DNA of 64,000 nt from the human T2T-CHM13v2.0 reference genome, Homo sapiens. This document shows, in pieces, positions 1-20,420 of the stretch (the first letter of the stretch is position 1; every line of letters starts with the position of its first letter). Under the pieces are notes generated by a model that worked only from the letters and a program-made list of their open reading frames with translations, made no database searches and had not been told where the DNA came from. The translations under genes were made by a program, and so were the position numbers. The stretch lies in NCBI RefSeq assembly GCF_009914755.1, contig NC_060948.1. One strand, 5' to 3'.

Positions 1-762
1 TTTTATATTCTGTTATATATAACTATTTGAAATTATATATAACTGTATAATATTTTATGTAAATATGTAATATAATATATATAACTATGTAATATATTAT
101 ATATAACTATATATTATGTTATATATACTTTTATAACATAATTTACATAAAATATCATAATATAATATATATTATATTATTTCATATTACATAATATATA
201 TTACATATCACCCAATATAATTAACATACATAATATTATAATATAGATTATATTATGTTATATTAAATATCATATATATCATGTATCATATATTCTATAA
301 TATATATTACACATTATATAATATGTATGTTGTCTATTATGTGATATATATAACTATATATATAATTATATTTTTATACATATAACTAGATAAACATGTA
401 ATTCTACATATTTTCATTTATAATATGTAGAAGTATATAATCATATATAATTATTTATATTCTATAAAAAATTTTATCATTATCTAAATTATAATATATA
501 AAAATTATAATATGTACTACAAATATATATATTATATATCATATATGATATAGTACCTTTGTTATATATCATAATACATATAAATGTGTATTATGTTATC
601 TATAATTATATAATTTCATATATAAGATGTATAATATGTATCATATATTATATATGTTATGTAATATATATAGTATATATAAGATGACACAGGATAAATA
701 TTACATTCTATGACATATAAAATATATGAGGTTATATGTTACATATAAGGCATAGCACATAA

Positions 763-1077
<315 letters not shown>

Positions 1078-1645
1078 AGATCCATATTTTTTAAATGAAA
1101 AAAAATTTCAAAGGTACTCTGCTTGGTACAATAATCAAATGTATAAACTGAGGAATAAAACATAACCATGAAACCTACTTATAACTGCATATGGAAAATA
1201 CAGAGGATAATTTTTTAAATAACATATTTTGAAAGCCTTAACTAGTAATTTGAAGAGTTGGCATTTGAAAGGCCAGTATGAATATACCTTCAATGCAGCA
1301 ACACAGGTTCCCCATGAGAAAAAGCAAACACAGGGAAAATAAAAACACAAAGGTTCAATCTCTTCTGACCTTTGAAAGACACAGCACAGACAGTGGTACT
1401 TAGGACGAAGAGCAGGAGACCCCTAATTCCGTCACCATGGCGATAGTGCATAAACATTGCTGGGTGAGGGCACAATCCACATTGTGAGGTCCAACTGCTG
1501 CCAGGAAGACAGGAGTGCTTTCACATAGACCGAAAGGTCATTGAAGGCTCAGAGTTTTGTTTCAAGAACTGAATCCCAAGCCCACACGTTATTAGGCTGC
1601 GCTTCTTAAAACAAGTTATGAGATGGGAAAAAGGGCACCCACAAA
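1078..1645. repeat. HSATI-type GC-richer segment of the monomer (representative; follows every Alu copy, and the last copy is truncated by the window end)
   Basis: Complex, non-Alu ~570 bp segment between the Alu end (tgagcca) and the start of the TA-rich tract (catacgtatacattatg). It occupies the position of the HSATI portion in the known HSATI/Alu/AT-rich cassette. Boundaries are approximate. Confidence 0.8.
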
Positions 1646-3495
<1,850 letters not shown>

Positions 3496-5599
3496 AGATC
3501 CATATTTTTTAAATGAAAAAAAATTTCAAAGGTACTCTGCTTGGTACAATAATCAAATGTATAAACTGAGGAATAAAACATAACCATGAAACCTACTTAT
3601 AACTGCATATGGAAAATACAGAGGATAATTTTTTAAATAACATAGTTTGAAAGCCTTAACTAGTAATTTGAAGAGTTGGCATTTGAAAGGCCAGTATGAA
3701 TATACCTTCAAAGCAGCAACACAGGTTCCCCATGAGAAAAAGCAAACACAGGGAAAATAAAAACACAAAGGTTCAATCTCTTCTGACCTTTGAAAGACAC
3801 AGCACAGACAGTGGTCCTTAGGACGAAGAGCAGGAGACCCCTAATTCCGTCACCATGGCGATAGGGCATAAACATTGCTGGGTGAGGGCACAATCCACAT
3901 TGTGAGGTCCAACTGCTGCCAGGAAGACAGGAGTGCTTTTACATAGACCGAAAGGTCATTGAAGGCTCAGAGTTTTGTTTCAAGAACTGAATCCCAAGCC
4001 CACACGTTATTAGGCTGCGTTTCTTAAAACAAGTTATGAGATGGGAAAAAGGGCACCAACAAACATACGTATACATTATGTATATAATAATATACAGTGT
4101 CATATATATAATATATATAACCTATGTATAATATTGTTTTACATCCTGCATCTTATGTTATATATATTGTATAAAATATAATAATTGATAATATATAACT
4201 TTTATAATTATACAATATGACATATAGTATATATTATAATTTATGACATATATAATATATGTTATATATCATATACAGAATATACTATACGGTTAATATA
4301 CGTATTAAATATAAATTATACATTATATATATTATATATAATATATCTGTTATATATAATACCCGTTATGCATAATATATATATTATGTCTATGTTATAT
4401 ATAGTATAAAACAACATATAATAATATATAATTGTATATATAAATGCGACATATAATATATATTATATTTTATGACATATGTAATATATATTATATATTA
4501 TATATAATACGTTGTATGTATAATACCTATATTAAATATATATTATATGACTATGTTATTAATTACATGTCACATGTGTTATATATTATATATTTTACAT
4601 AGAATATACCGGTTACATACAATATATACCATGTTACCTATAATGTATAATTTATTACATGTAAAATAAAGAATGCAATATATTATGTATAATTTATAAT
4701 ATACAATATGTGGAATGTGATATATATAACATATAATATATGATATATGATATACAGTATATGATATATAACATACAATATATGATTCCTAATATATATG
4801 GTATACAATATATATTTTATGATATGTATTCTATATGTTTTATATTCTGTTATATATAACTATATGAAATTATATATAACTGTATAATATTTTATGTAAA
4901 TATGTAATATAATATATATAACCATATAATATATTATATATAACTATATATTATGTTATATATACTTTTATAACATAATTTACATAAAATATCATAATAT
5001 AATATATATTATATTATTTCATATTACATAATATATATTACATATCACCCAATATAACTAACATACATAATATTATAATATAGATTATATTATGTTATAT
5101 TAAATATCATATATATCATGTATCATATATTCTATAATATATATTACACATTATATAATATGTATGTTGTCTATTATGTGATATATATAACTATATATAT
5201 AATTATATTTTTATACATATAACTAGATAAACATGTAATTCTACATATTTTCATTTATAATATGTAGAAGTATATAATCATATATAATTATTTATATTCT
5301 ATAAAAAATTTTATCATTATCTAAATTATAATATATAAAAATTATAATATGTACTACAAATATATATATTATATATCATATATGATATAGTACCTTTGTT
5401 ATATATCATAATACATATAAATGTGTATTATGTTATCTATAATTATATAATTTCATATATAAGATGTATAATATGTATCATATATTATATATGTTATGTA
5501 ATATATATAGTATATATAAGATGACACAGGATAAATATTATATACTATGACATATAAAATATATGAGGTTATATGTTACATATAAGGCATAGCACATAA

Positions 5600-5914
<315 letters not shown>

Positions 5915-8018
5915 AGATCCATATTTTTTAAATGAAAAAAAATTTCAAAGGTACTCTGCTTGGTACAATAATCAAATGTATAAACTGAGGAATAAAACAT
6001 AACCATGAAACCTACTTATAACTGCATATGGAAAATACAGAGGATAATTTTTTAAATAACATATTTTGAAAGCCTTAACTAGTAATTTGAAGAGTTGGCA
6101 TTTGAAAGGCCAGTATGAATATACCTTCAAAGCAGCAACACAGGTTCCCCATGAGAAAAAGCAAACACAGGGAAAATAAAAACACAAAGGTTCAATCTCT
6201 TCTGACCTTTGAAAGACACAGCACAGACAGTGGTCCTTAGGACGAAGAGCAGGAGACCCCTAATTCCGTCACCATGGCGATAGGGCATAAACATTGCTGG
6301 GTGAGGGCACAATCCACATTGTGAGGTCCAACTGCTGCCAGGAAGACAGGAGTGCTTTTACATAGACCGAAAGGTCATTGAAGGCTCAGAGTTTTGTTTC
6401 AAGAACTGAATCCCAAGCCCACACGTTATTAGGCTGCGTTTCTTAAAACAAGTTATGAGATGGGAAAAAGGGCACCAACAAACATACGTATACATTATGT
6501 ATATAATAATATACAGTGTCATATATATAATATATATAACCTATGTATAATATTGTTTTACATCCTGCATCTTATGTTATATATATTGTATAAAATATAA
6601 TAATTGATAATATATAACTTTTATAATTATACAATATGACATATAGTATATATTATAATTTATGACATATATAATATATGTTATATATCATATACAGAAT
6701 ATACTATACGGTTAATATACGTATTAAATATAAATTATACATTATATATATTATATATAATATATCTGTTATATATAATACCCGTTATGCATAATATATA
6801 TATTATGTCTATGTTATATATAGTATAAAACAACATATAATAATATATAATTGTATATATAAATGCGACATATAATATATATTATATTTTATGACATATG
6901 TAATATATATTATATATTATATATAATACGTTGTATGTATAATACCTATATTAAATATATATTATATGACTATGTTATTAATTACATGTCACATGTGTTA
7001 TATATTATATATTTTACATAGAATATACCGGTTACATACAATATATACCATGTTACCTATAATGTATAATTTATTACATGTAAAATAAAGAATGCAATAT
7101 ATTATGTATAATTTATAATATACAATATGTGGAATGTGATATATATAACATATAATATATGATATATGATATACAGTATATGATATATAACATACAATAT
7201 ATGATTCCTAATATATATGGTATACAATATATATTTTATGATATGTATTCTATATGTTTTATATTCTGTTATATATAACTATATGAAATTATATATAACT
7301 GTATAATATTTTATGTAAATATGTAATATAATATATATAACTATATAATATATTATATATAACTATATATTATGTTATATATACTTTTATAACATAATTT
7401 ACATAAAATATCATAATATAATATATATTATATTATTTCATATTACATAATATATATTACATATCACCCAATATAACTAACATACATAATATTATAATAT
7501 AGATTATATTATGTTATATTAAATATCATATATATCATGTATCATATATTCTATAATATATATTACACATTATATAATATGTATGTTGTCTATTATGTGA
7601 TATATATAACTATATATATAATTATATTTTTATACATATAACTAGATAAACATGTAATTCTACATATTTTCATTTATAATATGTAGAAGTTTATAATCAT
7701 ATATAATTATTTATATTCTATAAAAAATTTTATCATTATCTAAATTATAATATATAAAAATTATAATATGTACTACAAATATATATATTATATATCATAT
7801 ATGATATAGTACCTTTGTTATATATCATAATACATATAAATGTGTATTATGTTATCTATAATTATATAATTTCATATATAAGATGTATAATATGTATCAT
7901 ATATTATATATGTTATGTAATATATATAGTATATATAAGATGACACAGGATAAATATTACATTCTATGACATATAAAATATATGAGGTTATATGTTACAT
8001 ATAAGTCATAGCACATAA

Positions 8019-8333
<315 letters not shown>

Positions 8334-10435
8334 AGATCCATATTTTTTAAATGAAAAAAAATTTCAAAGGTACTCTGCTTGGTACAATAATCAAATGTAT
8401 AAACTGAGGAATAAAACATAACCATGAAACCTACTTATAACTGCATATGGAAAATACAGAGGATAATTTTTTAAATAACATATTTTGAAAGCCTTAACTA
8501 GTAATTTGAAGAGTTGGCATTTGAAAGGCCAGTATGAATATACCTTCAATGCAGCAACACAGGTTCCCCATGAGAAAAAGCAAACACAGGGAAAATAAAA
8601 ACACAAAGGTTCAATCTCTTCTGACCTTTGAAAGACACAGCACAGACAGTGGTCCTTAGGACGAAGAGCAGGAGACCCCTAATTCCGTCACCATGGCGAT
8701 AGTGCATAAACATTGCTGGGTGAGGGCACAATCCACATTGTGAGGTCCAACTGCTGCCAGGAAGACAGGAGTGCTTTTACATAGACCGAAAGGTCATTGA
8801 AGGCTCAGAGTTTTGTTTCAAGAACTGAATCCCAAGCCCACACGTTATTAGGCTGCGCTTCTTAAAACAAGTTATGAGATGGGAAAAAGGGCACCCACAA
8901 ACATACGTATACATTATGTATATAATAATATACAGTGTCATATATATAATATATATAACCTATGTATAATATTGTTTTACATCCTGCATCTTATGTTATA
9001 TATATTGTATAAAATATAATAATTGATAATATATAAGTTTTATAATTATACAATATGACATAATATATATTATAATTTATGACATATATAATATATGTTA
9101 TGTATCATATACAGAATATATTATACGGTTAATATACGTATTAAATATAAATTATACATTATATATATTATATATAATATATCTGTTATATATAATACCC
9201 GTTATGCATAATATATATATTATGTCTATGTTATATATAGTATAAAACAACATATAATAATATATAATTGTATATATAAAATGCGACATATAATATATAT
9301 TATATTTTATGACATATGTAATATATATTATATATTATCTATAATACGTTGTATGTATAATACCTATATTAAATATATATTATATGACTATGTTATTAAT
9401 TACATGTCACATGTGTTATATATTATATAATTTACATAGAATATACCGGTTACATACAATATATACTATGTTACCTATAATGTATAATTTATTACATGTA
9501 AAATAAAGAATGCAATATATTATGTATAATTTATAATATACAATATGTGGAATGTGATATATATAACATATAATATATGATATATGATGTACAGTATATG
9601 ATATATAACATACAATATATGATTCCTAATATATATGGTATACAATATATATTTTATGATATGTATTCTATATGTTTTATATTCTGTTATATATAACTAT
9701 TTGAAATTATATATAACTGTATAATATTTTATGTAAATATGTAATATAATATATATAACTATATAATATATTATATATAACTATATATTATGTTATATAT
9801 ACTTTTATAACATAATTTACATAAAATATCATAATATAATATATATTATATTATTTCATATTACATAATATATATTACATATCACCCAATATAACTAACA
9901 TACATAATATTATAATATAGATTATATTATGTTATATTAAATATCATATATATCATGTATCATATATTCTATAATATATATTACACATTATATAATATGT
10001 ATGTTGTCTATTATGTGATATACATAACTATATATATAATTATATTTTTATACATATAACTAGATAAATATGTAATTCTACATATTTTCATTTATAATAT
10101 GTAGAATTATATAATCATATATAATTATTTATATTCTATAAAAATTTTATCATTATATAAATTATAATATATAAAAATTATAATATGTACTACAAATATA
10201 TATATTATATATCATATATGATATAGTACCCTTGTTATATATCATAATACATATAAATGTTTATTATATTATGTATAATTATATAATTTCATATATAAGA
10301 TATATAATATGTTTCATATATTATATAAGTTATGTAATATATATAGTATATATAAGATGACACAGGATAAATATTATATACTATGACATATAAAATATAT
10401 GAGGTTATATGTTACATATAAGGCATAGCACATAA

Positions 10436-10750
<315 letters not shown>

Positions 10751-12854
10751 AGATCCATATTTTTTAAATGAAAAAAAATTTCAAAGGTACTCTGCTTGGT
10801 ACAATAATCAAATGTATAAACTGAGGAATAAAACATAACCATGAAACCTACTTATAACTGCATATGGAAAATACAGAGGATAATTTTTTAAATAACATAC
10901 TTTGAAAGCCTTAACTAGTAATTTGAAGAGTTGGCATTTGAAAGGCCAGTATGAATATACCTTCAAAGCAGCAACACAGGTTCCCCATGAGAAAAAGCAA
11001 ACACAGGGAAAATAAAAACACAAAGGTTCAATCTCTTCTGACCTTTGAAAGACACAGCACAGACAGTGGTCCTTAGGACGAAGAGCAGGAGACCCCTAAT
11101 TCCGTCACCATGGCGATAGGGCATAAACATTGCTGGGTGAGGGCACAATCCACATTGTGAGGTCCAACTGCTGCCAGGAAGACAGGAGTGCTTTTACATA
11201 GACCGAAAGGTCATTGAAGGCTCAGAGTTTTGTTTCAAGAACAGAATCCCAAGCCCACACGTTATTAGGCTGCGTTTCTTAAAACAAGTTATGAGATGGG
11301 AAAAAGGGCACCCACAAACATACGTATACATTATGTATATAATAATATACAGTGTCATATATATAATATATATAACCTATGTATAATATTGTTTTACATC
11401 CTGCATCTTATGTTATATATATTGTATAAAATATAATAATTGATAATATATAACTTTTATAATTATACAATATGACATATAGTATATATTATAATTTATG
11501 ACATATATAATATATGTTATATATCATATACAGAATATACTATACGGTTAATATACGTATTAAATATAAATTATACATTATATATATTATATATAATATA
11601 TCTGTTATATATAATACCCGTTATGCATAATATATATATTATGTCTATGTTATATATAGTATAAAACAACATATAATAATATATAATTGTATATATAAAT
11701 GCGACATATAATATATATTATATTTTATGACATATGTAATATATATTATATATTATATATAATACGTTGTATGTATAATACCTATATTAAATATATATTA
11801 TATGACTATGTTATTAATTACATGTCACATGTGTTATATATTATATATTTTACATAGAATATACCGGTTACATACAATATATACCATGTTACCTATAATG
11901 TATAATTTATTACATGTAAAATAAAGAATGCAATATATTATGTATAATTTATAATATACAATATGTGGAATGTGATATATATAACATATAATATATGATA
12001 TATGATATACAGTATATGATATATAACATACAATATATGATTCCTAATATATATGGTATACAATATATATTTTATGATATGTATTCTATATGTTTTATAT
12101 TCTGTTATATATAACTATTTGAAATTATATATAACTGTATAATATTTTATGTAAATATGTAATATAATATATATAACTATATAATATATTATATATAACT
12201 ATATATTATGTTATATATACTTTTATAACATAATTTACATAAAATATCATAATATAATATATATTATATTATTTCATATTACATAATATATATTACATAT
12301 CACCCAATATAACTAACATACATAATATTATAATATAGATTATATTATGTTATATTAAATATCATATATATCATGTATCATATATTCTATAATATATATT
12401 ACACATTATATAATATGTATGTTGTCTATTATGTGATATATATAACTATATATATAATTATATTTTTATACATATAACTAGATAAACATGTAATTCTACA
12501 TATTTTCATTTATAATATGTAGAAGTATATAATCATATATAATTATTTATATTCTATAAAAAATTTTATCATTATACAAATTATAATATATAAAAATTAT
12601 AATATGTACTACAAATATATATATTATATATCATATATGATATAGTACCTTTGTTATATATCATAATACATATAAATGTGTATTATGTTATCTATAATTA
12701 TATAATTTCATATATAAGATGTATAATATGTATCATATATTATATATGTTATGTAATATATATAGTATATATAAGATGACACAGGATAAATATTATATAC
12801 TATGACATATAAAATATATGAGGTTATATGTTACATATAAGGCATAGCACATAA

Positions 12855-13169
<315 letters not shown>

Positions 13170-15272
13170 AGATCCATATTTTTTAAATGAAAAAAAATTT
13201 CAAAGGTACTCTGCTTGGTACAATAATCAAATGTATAAACTGAGGAATAAAACATAACCATGAAACCTACTTATAACTGCATATGGAAAATACAGAGGAT
13301 AATTTTTTAAATAACATATTTTGAAAGCCTTAACTAGTAATTTGAAGAGTTGGCATTTGAAAGGCCAGTATGAATATACCTTCAAAGCAGCAACACAGGT
13401 TCCCCATGAGAAAAAGCAAACACAGGGAAAATAAAAACACAAAGGTTCAATCTCTTCTGACCTTTGAAAGACACAGCACAGACAGTGGTCCTTAGGACAA
13501 AGAGCAGGAGACCCCTAATTCCGTCACCATGGCGATAGGGCATAAACATTGCTGGGTGAGGGCACAATCCACATTGTGAGGTCCAACTGCTGCCAGGAAG
13601 ACAGGAGTGCTTTTACATAGACCGAAAGGTCATTGAAGGCTCAGAGTTTTGTTTCAAGAACTGAATCCCAAGCCCACACGTTATTAGGCTGCGCTTCTTA
13701 AAACAAGTTATGAGATGGGAAAAAGGGCACCCACAAACATACGTATACATTATGTATATAATAATATAGAGTGTCATATATATAATATATATAACCTATG
13801 TATAATATTGTTTTTACATCCTGCATCTTATGTTATATATATTGTATAAAATATAATAATTGATAATATAATTTTTATAATTATACAATATGACATATAG
13901 TATATATTATAATTTATGACATATATAATATATGTTATGTATCATATACAGAATATATTATACGGTTAATATACGTATTAAATATAAATTATACATTATA
14001 TATATTATATATAATATATCTGTTATATATAATACCCGTTATGCATAATATATATATTATGTCTATGTTATATATAGTATAAAACAACATATAATAATAT
14101 ATAATTGTATATATAAAATGCGACATATAATATATATTATATTTTATGACATATGCAATATATATTATATATTATCTATAATACGTTGTATGTATAATGC
14201 CTATATTAAATATATATTATATGACTATGTTATTAATTACATGTCACATGTGTTATATATTATATAATTTACATAGAATATACCGGTTACATACAATATA
14301 TACTATGTTACCTATAATGTATAATTTATTACATGTAAAATAAAGAATGCAATATATTATGTATAATTTATAATATACAATATGTGGAATGTGATATATA
14401 TAACATATAATATATGATATATGATGTACAGTATATGATATATAACATACAATATATGATTCCTAATATATATGGTATACAATATATATTTTATGATATG
14501 TATTCTATATGTTTTATATTCTGTTATATATAACTATTTGAAATTATATATAACTGTATAATATTTTATGTAAATATGTAATATAATATATATAACTATA
14601 TAATATATTATATATAACTATATATTATGTTATATATACTTTTATAACATAATTTACATAAAATATCATAATATAATATATATTATATTATTTCATATTA
14701 CATAATATATATTACATATCACCCAATATAACTAACATACATAATATTATAATATAGATTATATTATGTTATATTAAATATCATATATATCATGTATCAT
14801 ATATTCTATAATATATATTACACATTATATAATATGTATGTTGTCTATTATGTGATATACATAACTATATATATAATTATATTTTTATACATATAACTAG
14901 ATAAACATGTAATTCTACATATTTTCATTTATAATATGTAGAATTATATAATCATATATAATTATTTATATTCTATAAAAATTTTATCATTATATAAATT
15001 ATAATATATAAAAATTATAATATGTACTACAAATATATATATTATATATCATATATGATATAGTACCCTTGTTATATATCATAATACATATAAATGTTTA
15101 TTATATTATGTATAATTATATAATTTCATATATAAGATATATAATATGTTTCATATATTATATAAGTTATGTAATATATATAGTATATATAAGATGACAC
15201 AGGATAAATATTATATACTATGACATATAAAATATATGAGGTTATATGTTACATATAAGGCATAGCACATAA

Positions 15273-15587
<315 letters not shown>

Positions 15588-17692
15588 AGATCCATATTTT
15601 TTAAATGAAAAAAAATTTCAAAGGTACTCTGCTTGGTACAATAATCAAATGTATAAACTGAGGAATAAAACATAACCATGAAACCTACTTATAACTGCAT
15701 ATGGAAAATACAGAGGATAATTTTTTAAATAACATACTTTGAAAGCCTTAACTAGTAATTTGAAGAGTTGGCATTTGAAAGGCCAGTATGAATATACCTT
15801 CAAAGCAGCAACACAGGTTCCCCATGAGAAAAAGCAAACACAGGGAAAATAAAAACACAAAGGTTCAATCTCTTCTGACCTTTGAAAGACACAGCACAGA
15901 CAGTGGTCCTTAGGACGAAGAGCAGGAGACCCCTAATTCCGTCACCATGGCGATAGGGCATAAACATTGCTGGGTGAGGGCACAATCCACATTGTGAGGT
16001 CCAACTGCTGCCAGGAAGACAGGAGTGCTTTTACATAGACCGAAAGGTCATTGAAGGCTCAGAGTTTTGTTTCAAGAACTGAATCCCAAGCCCACACGTT
16101 ATTAGGCTGCGCTTCTTTAAACAAGTTATGAGATGGGAAAAAGGGCACCCACAAACATACGTATACATTATGTATATAATAATATACAGTATCATATATA
16201 TAATATATATAACCTATGTATAATATTGTTTTACATCCTGCATCTTATGTTATATATATTGTATAAAATATAATAATTGATAATATATAAGTTTTATAAT
16301 TATACAATATGACATATAGTATATATTATAATTTATGACATATATAATATATGTTATATGTCATATATAGAATATATTATACGGTTAACATACGTATTAA
16401 ATATAAATTATACATTATATATATTATATATAATATATCTGTTATATATAATACCCATTATGCATAATATATATATTATGTCTATGTTATATATAGTATA
16501 AAACAACATATAATAATATATAATTGTATATATAAAATGCGACATATAATATATATTATATTTTATGACATATGTAATATATATTATATAGTATATATAA
16601 TACGTTGTATGTATAATACCTATATTAAATATATATTATATGACTATGTTATTAATTACATGTCACATGTGTTATATATTATTTATTTTACATAGAATAT
16701 ACCGGTTACATACAATATATACTATGTTACCTATAATGTATAATTTATTACATGTAAAATAAAGAATGCAATATATTATGTATAATTTATAATATACCAT
16801 ATGTGGAATGTGATATATATAACATATAATATATGATATATGATATACAGTATATGATATATAACATACAATATATGATTCCTAATATATATGGTATACT
16901 ATATATATTTTATGATATGTATTCTATATGTTTTATATTCTGTTATATATAACTATTTGAAATTATATATAACTGTATAATATTTTATGTAAATATGTAA
17001 TATAATATATATAACTATATAATATATTATATATAACTATATATTATGTTATATATACTTTTATAACATAATTTACCTAAAATATCATAATATAATATAT
17101 ATTATATTATTTCATATTACATAATATATATTACATATCACCCAATATAACTAACATACATAATATTATAATATAGATTATATTGTATTATATTAAATAT
17201 CATATATATCATGTATCATATATTCTATAATATATATTACACATTATATAATATGTATGTTGTCTATTATGTGATATATATAACTATATATATAATTATA
17301 TTTTTATACATATAACTAGATAAACATGTAATTCTACATATTTTCATTTATAATATGTAGAATTATATAATCATATATAAATATTTATATTCTATAAAAA
17401 ATTTTATCTTTATATAAATTATAATATATAAAAATTATAATATGTACTTCAAATATATATATTATATATCATATATGCTATAGTACCTTTGTTATATATC
17501 ATAATACATATAAATGTGTATTATGTTATCTATAATTATATAATTTCATATATAAGTTGTATAATATGTATCATATATTATATATGTTATGTAATATATA
17601 TAGTATATATAAGATGACACAGGATAAATATTATATACTATGACATATAAAATATATGAGGTTATATGTTACATATAAGGCATAGCACATAA

Positions 17693-18007
<315 letters not shown>

Positions 18008-20105
18008 AGATCCATATTTTTTAAATGAAAAAAAATTTCAAAGGTACTCTGCTTGGTATAATAATCAAATGTATAAACTGAGGAATAAAACATAACCATG
18101 AAACCTACTTATAACTGCATATGGAAAATACAGAGGATAATTTTTTAAATAACAAATTTTGAAAGCCTTAACTAGTAATTTGAAGAGCTGGCATTTGAAA
18201 GGCCAGTATGAATATACCTTCAAAGCAGCAACACAGGTTCCCCATGAGAAAAAGCAAACACAGGGAAAGTAAAAACACAAAGGTTCAATCTCTTCTGACC
18301 TTTGAAAGACACAGCACAGACAGTGGTCCTTAGGACGAAGAGCAGGAGACCCCTAATTCCGTCACCATGGCGATAGGGCATAAACATTGCTGGGTGAGGG
18401 CACAATCCACATTGTGAGGTCCAACTGCTGCCAGGAAGACAGGAGTGCTTTTACATAGACCGAAAGGTCATTGAAGGCTCAGAGTTTTGTTTCAAGAACT
18501 GAATCCCAAGCCCACACGTTATTAGGCTGCGCTTCTTAAAACAAGTTATGAGATGGGAAAAAGGGCACCCACAAACATACGTATACATTATGTATATAAT
18601 AATATAGAGTGTCATATATATAATATATATAACCTATGTATAATATTGTTTTACATCCTGCATCTTATGTTATATATATTGTATAAAATATAATAATTGA
18701 TAATATATAAGTTTTATATTTATACAATATGACATATAGTATATATTATACTTTATGACATATATAATATATGTTATATATCATATATAGAATATATTAT
18801 ACGGTTAATATACGTATTAAATATAAATTATACATTATATATATTATATATAATATATCTGTTATATATAATACCCATTATGCATAATATATATATTATG
18901 TCTATGTTATATATACTATAAAACAACATATAATAATATATAATTGTATATATAAAATGCGACATATAATATATATTATATTTTATAACATATGTAATAT
19001 ATATTATATATAATACGTTGTATGTATAATACCTATATTAAATATATATTATATGACTATGTTATTAATTACATGACACATGTGTTATATATTATATATT
19101 TTACATAGAATATACCGGTTACATACAATATATACTATGTTACCTATAATGTATAATTTTTTACATGTAAAATAAAGAATGCAATATATTATGTAAAATT
19201 TATAATATACCATATTTGGAATGTGATATATATAAAATATAATATATGATATATGATATACAGTATATGATATATAACATACAATATATGATTCCTAATA
19301 TATATGGTATACAATATATATTTTATGATATGTATTCTATATGTTTTATATTCTGTTATATATAACTATTTGAAATTATATATAACTGTATAATATTTTA
19401 TGTAAATATGTAATATAATATATATAACTATATAATATATTATATATAACTATATATAATGTTATATATACTTTTATAACATAATTTACATAAAATATCA
19501 TAATATAATATATATTATATTATTTCATATTACATAATATATATTACATATCACCCAATATAACTAACATACATAATATTATAATATAGATTATATTGTG
19601 TTATATTAAATATCATATATATCATGTATCATATATTCTATAATATATATTACACATTATATATTATGTATGTTGTCTATTATGTGATATATATAACTAT
19701 ATATATAATTATATTTTTATACATATAACTAGATAAACATGTAATTCTACATATTTTCATTTATAATATGTAGAATTATATAATCATATATAATTATTTA
19801 TATTCTATAAAAAATTTTATCATTATATAAATTATAATATATAAAAATTATAATATGTACTACAAATATATATATTATATATCATATATGCAATAGTACC
19901 TTTGTTATATATCATAATACATATAAATGTGTATTATGTTATCTATAATTATATAATTTCATATATAAGTTGTATAATATGTAACATATATTATATATGT
20001 TATGTAATATATATAGTATATATAAGATGACACAGGATAAATATTATATACTATGACATATAAAATATATGAGGTTATATGTTACATATAAGGCATAGCA
20101 CATAA

Positions 20106-20420
<315 letters not shown>

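Noticed and set aside
1135-1350. 71-aa minus-strand ORF (MCFYFPCVC...) repeated in 25 units
   Set aside because: It starts at TTG rather than ATG, has no recognisable domain, and its Phe/Tyr/Leu bias reflects T-rich sequence. It recurs only through satellite homogenisation, most visible variants are non-synonymous, and it is lost to a stop in the ~52 kb unit.
1290-1475. 61-aa minus-strand ORF (MCPHPAMF...) repeated in 26 units
   Set aside because: It has a TTG start, overlaps the other ORF in a different frame, and shows no recognisable homology. It is a chance ORF within HSATI.
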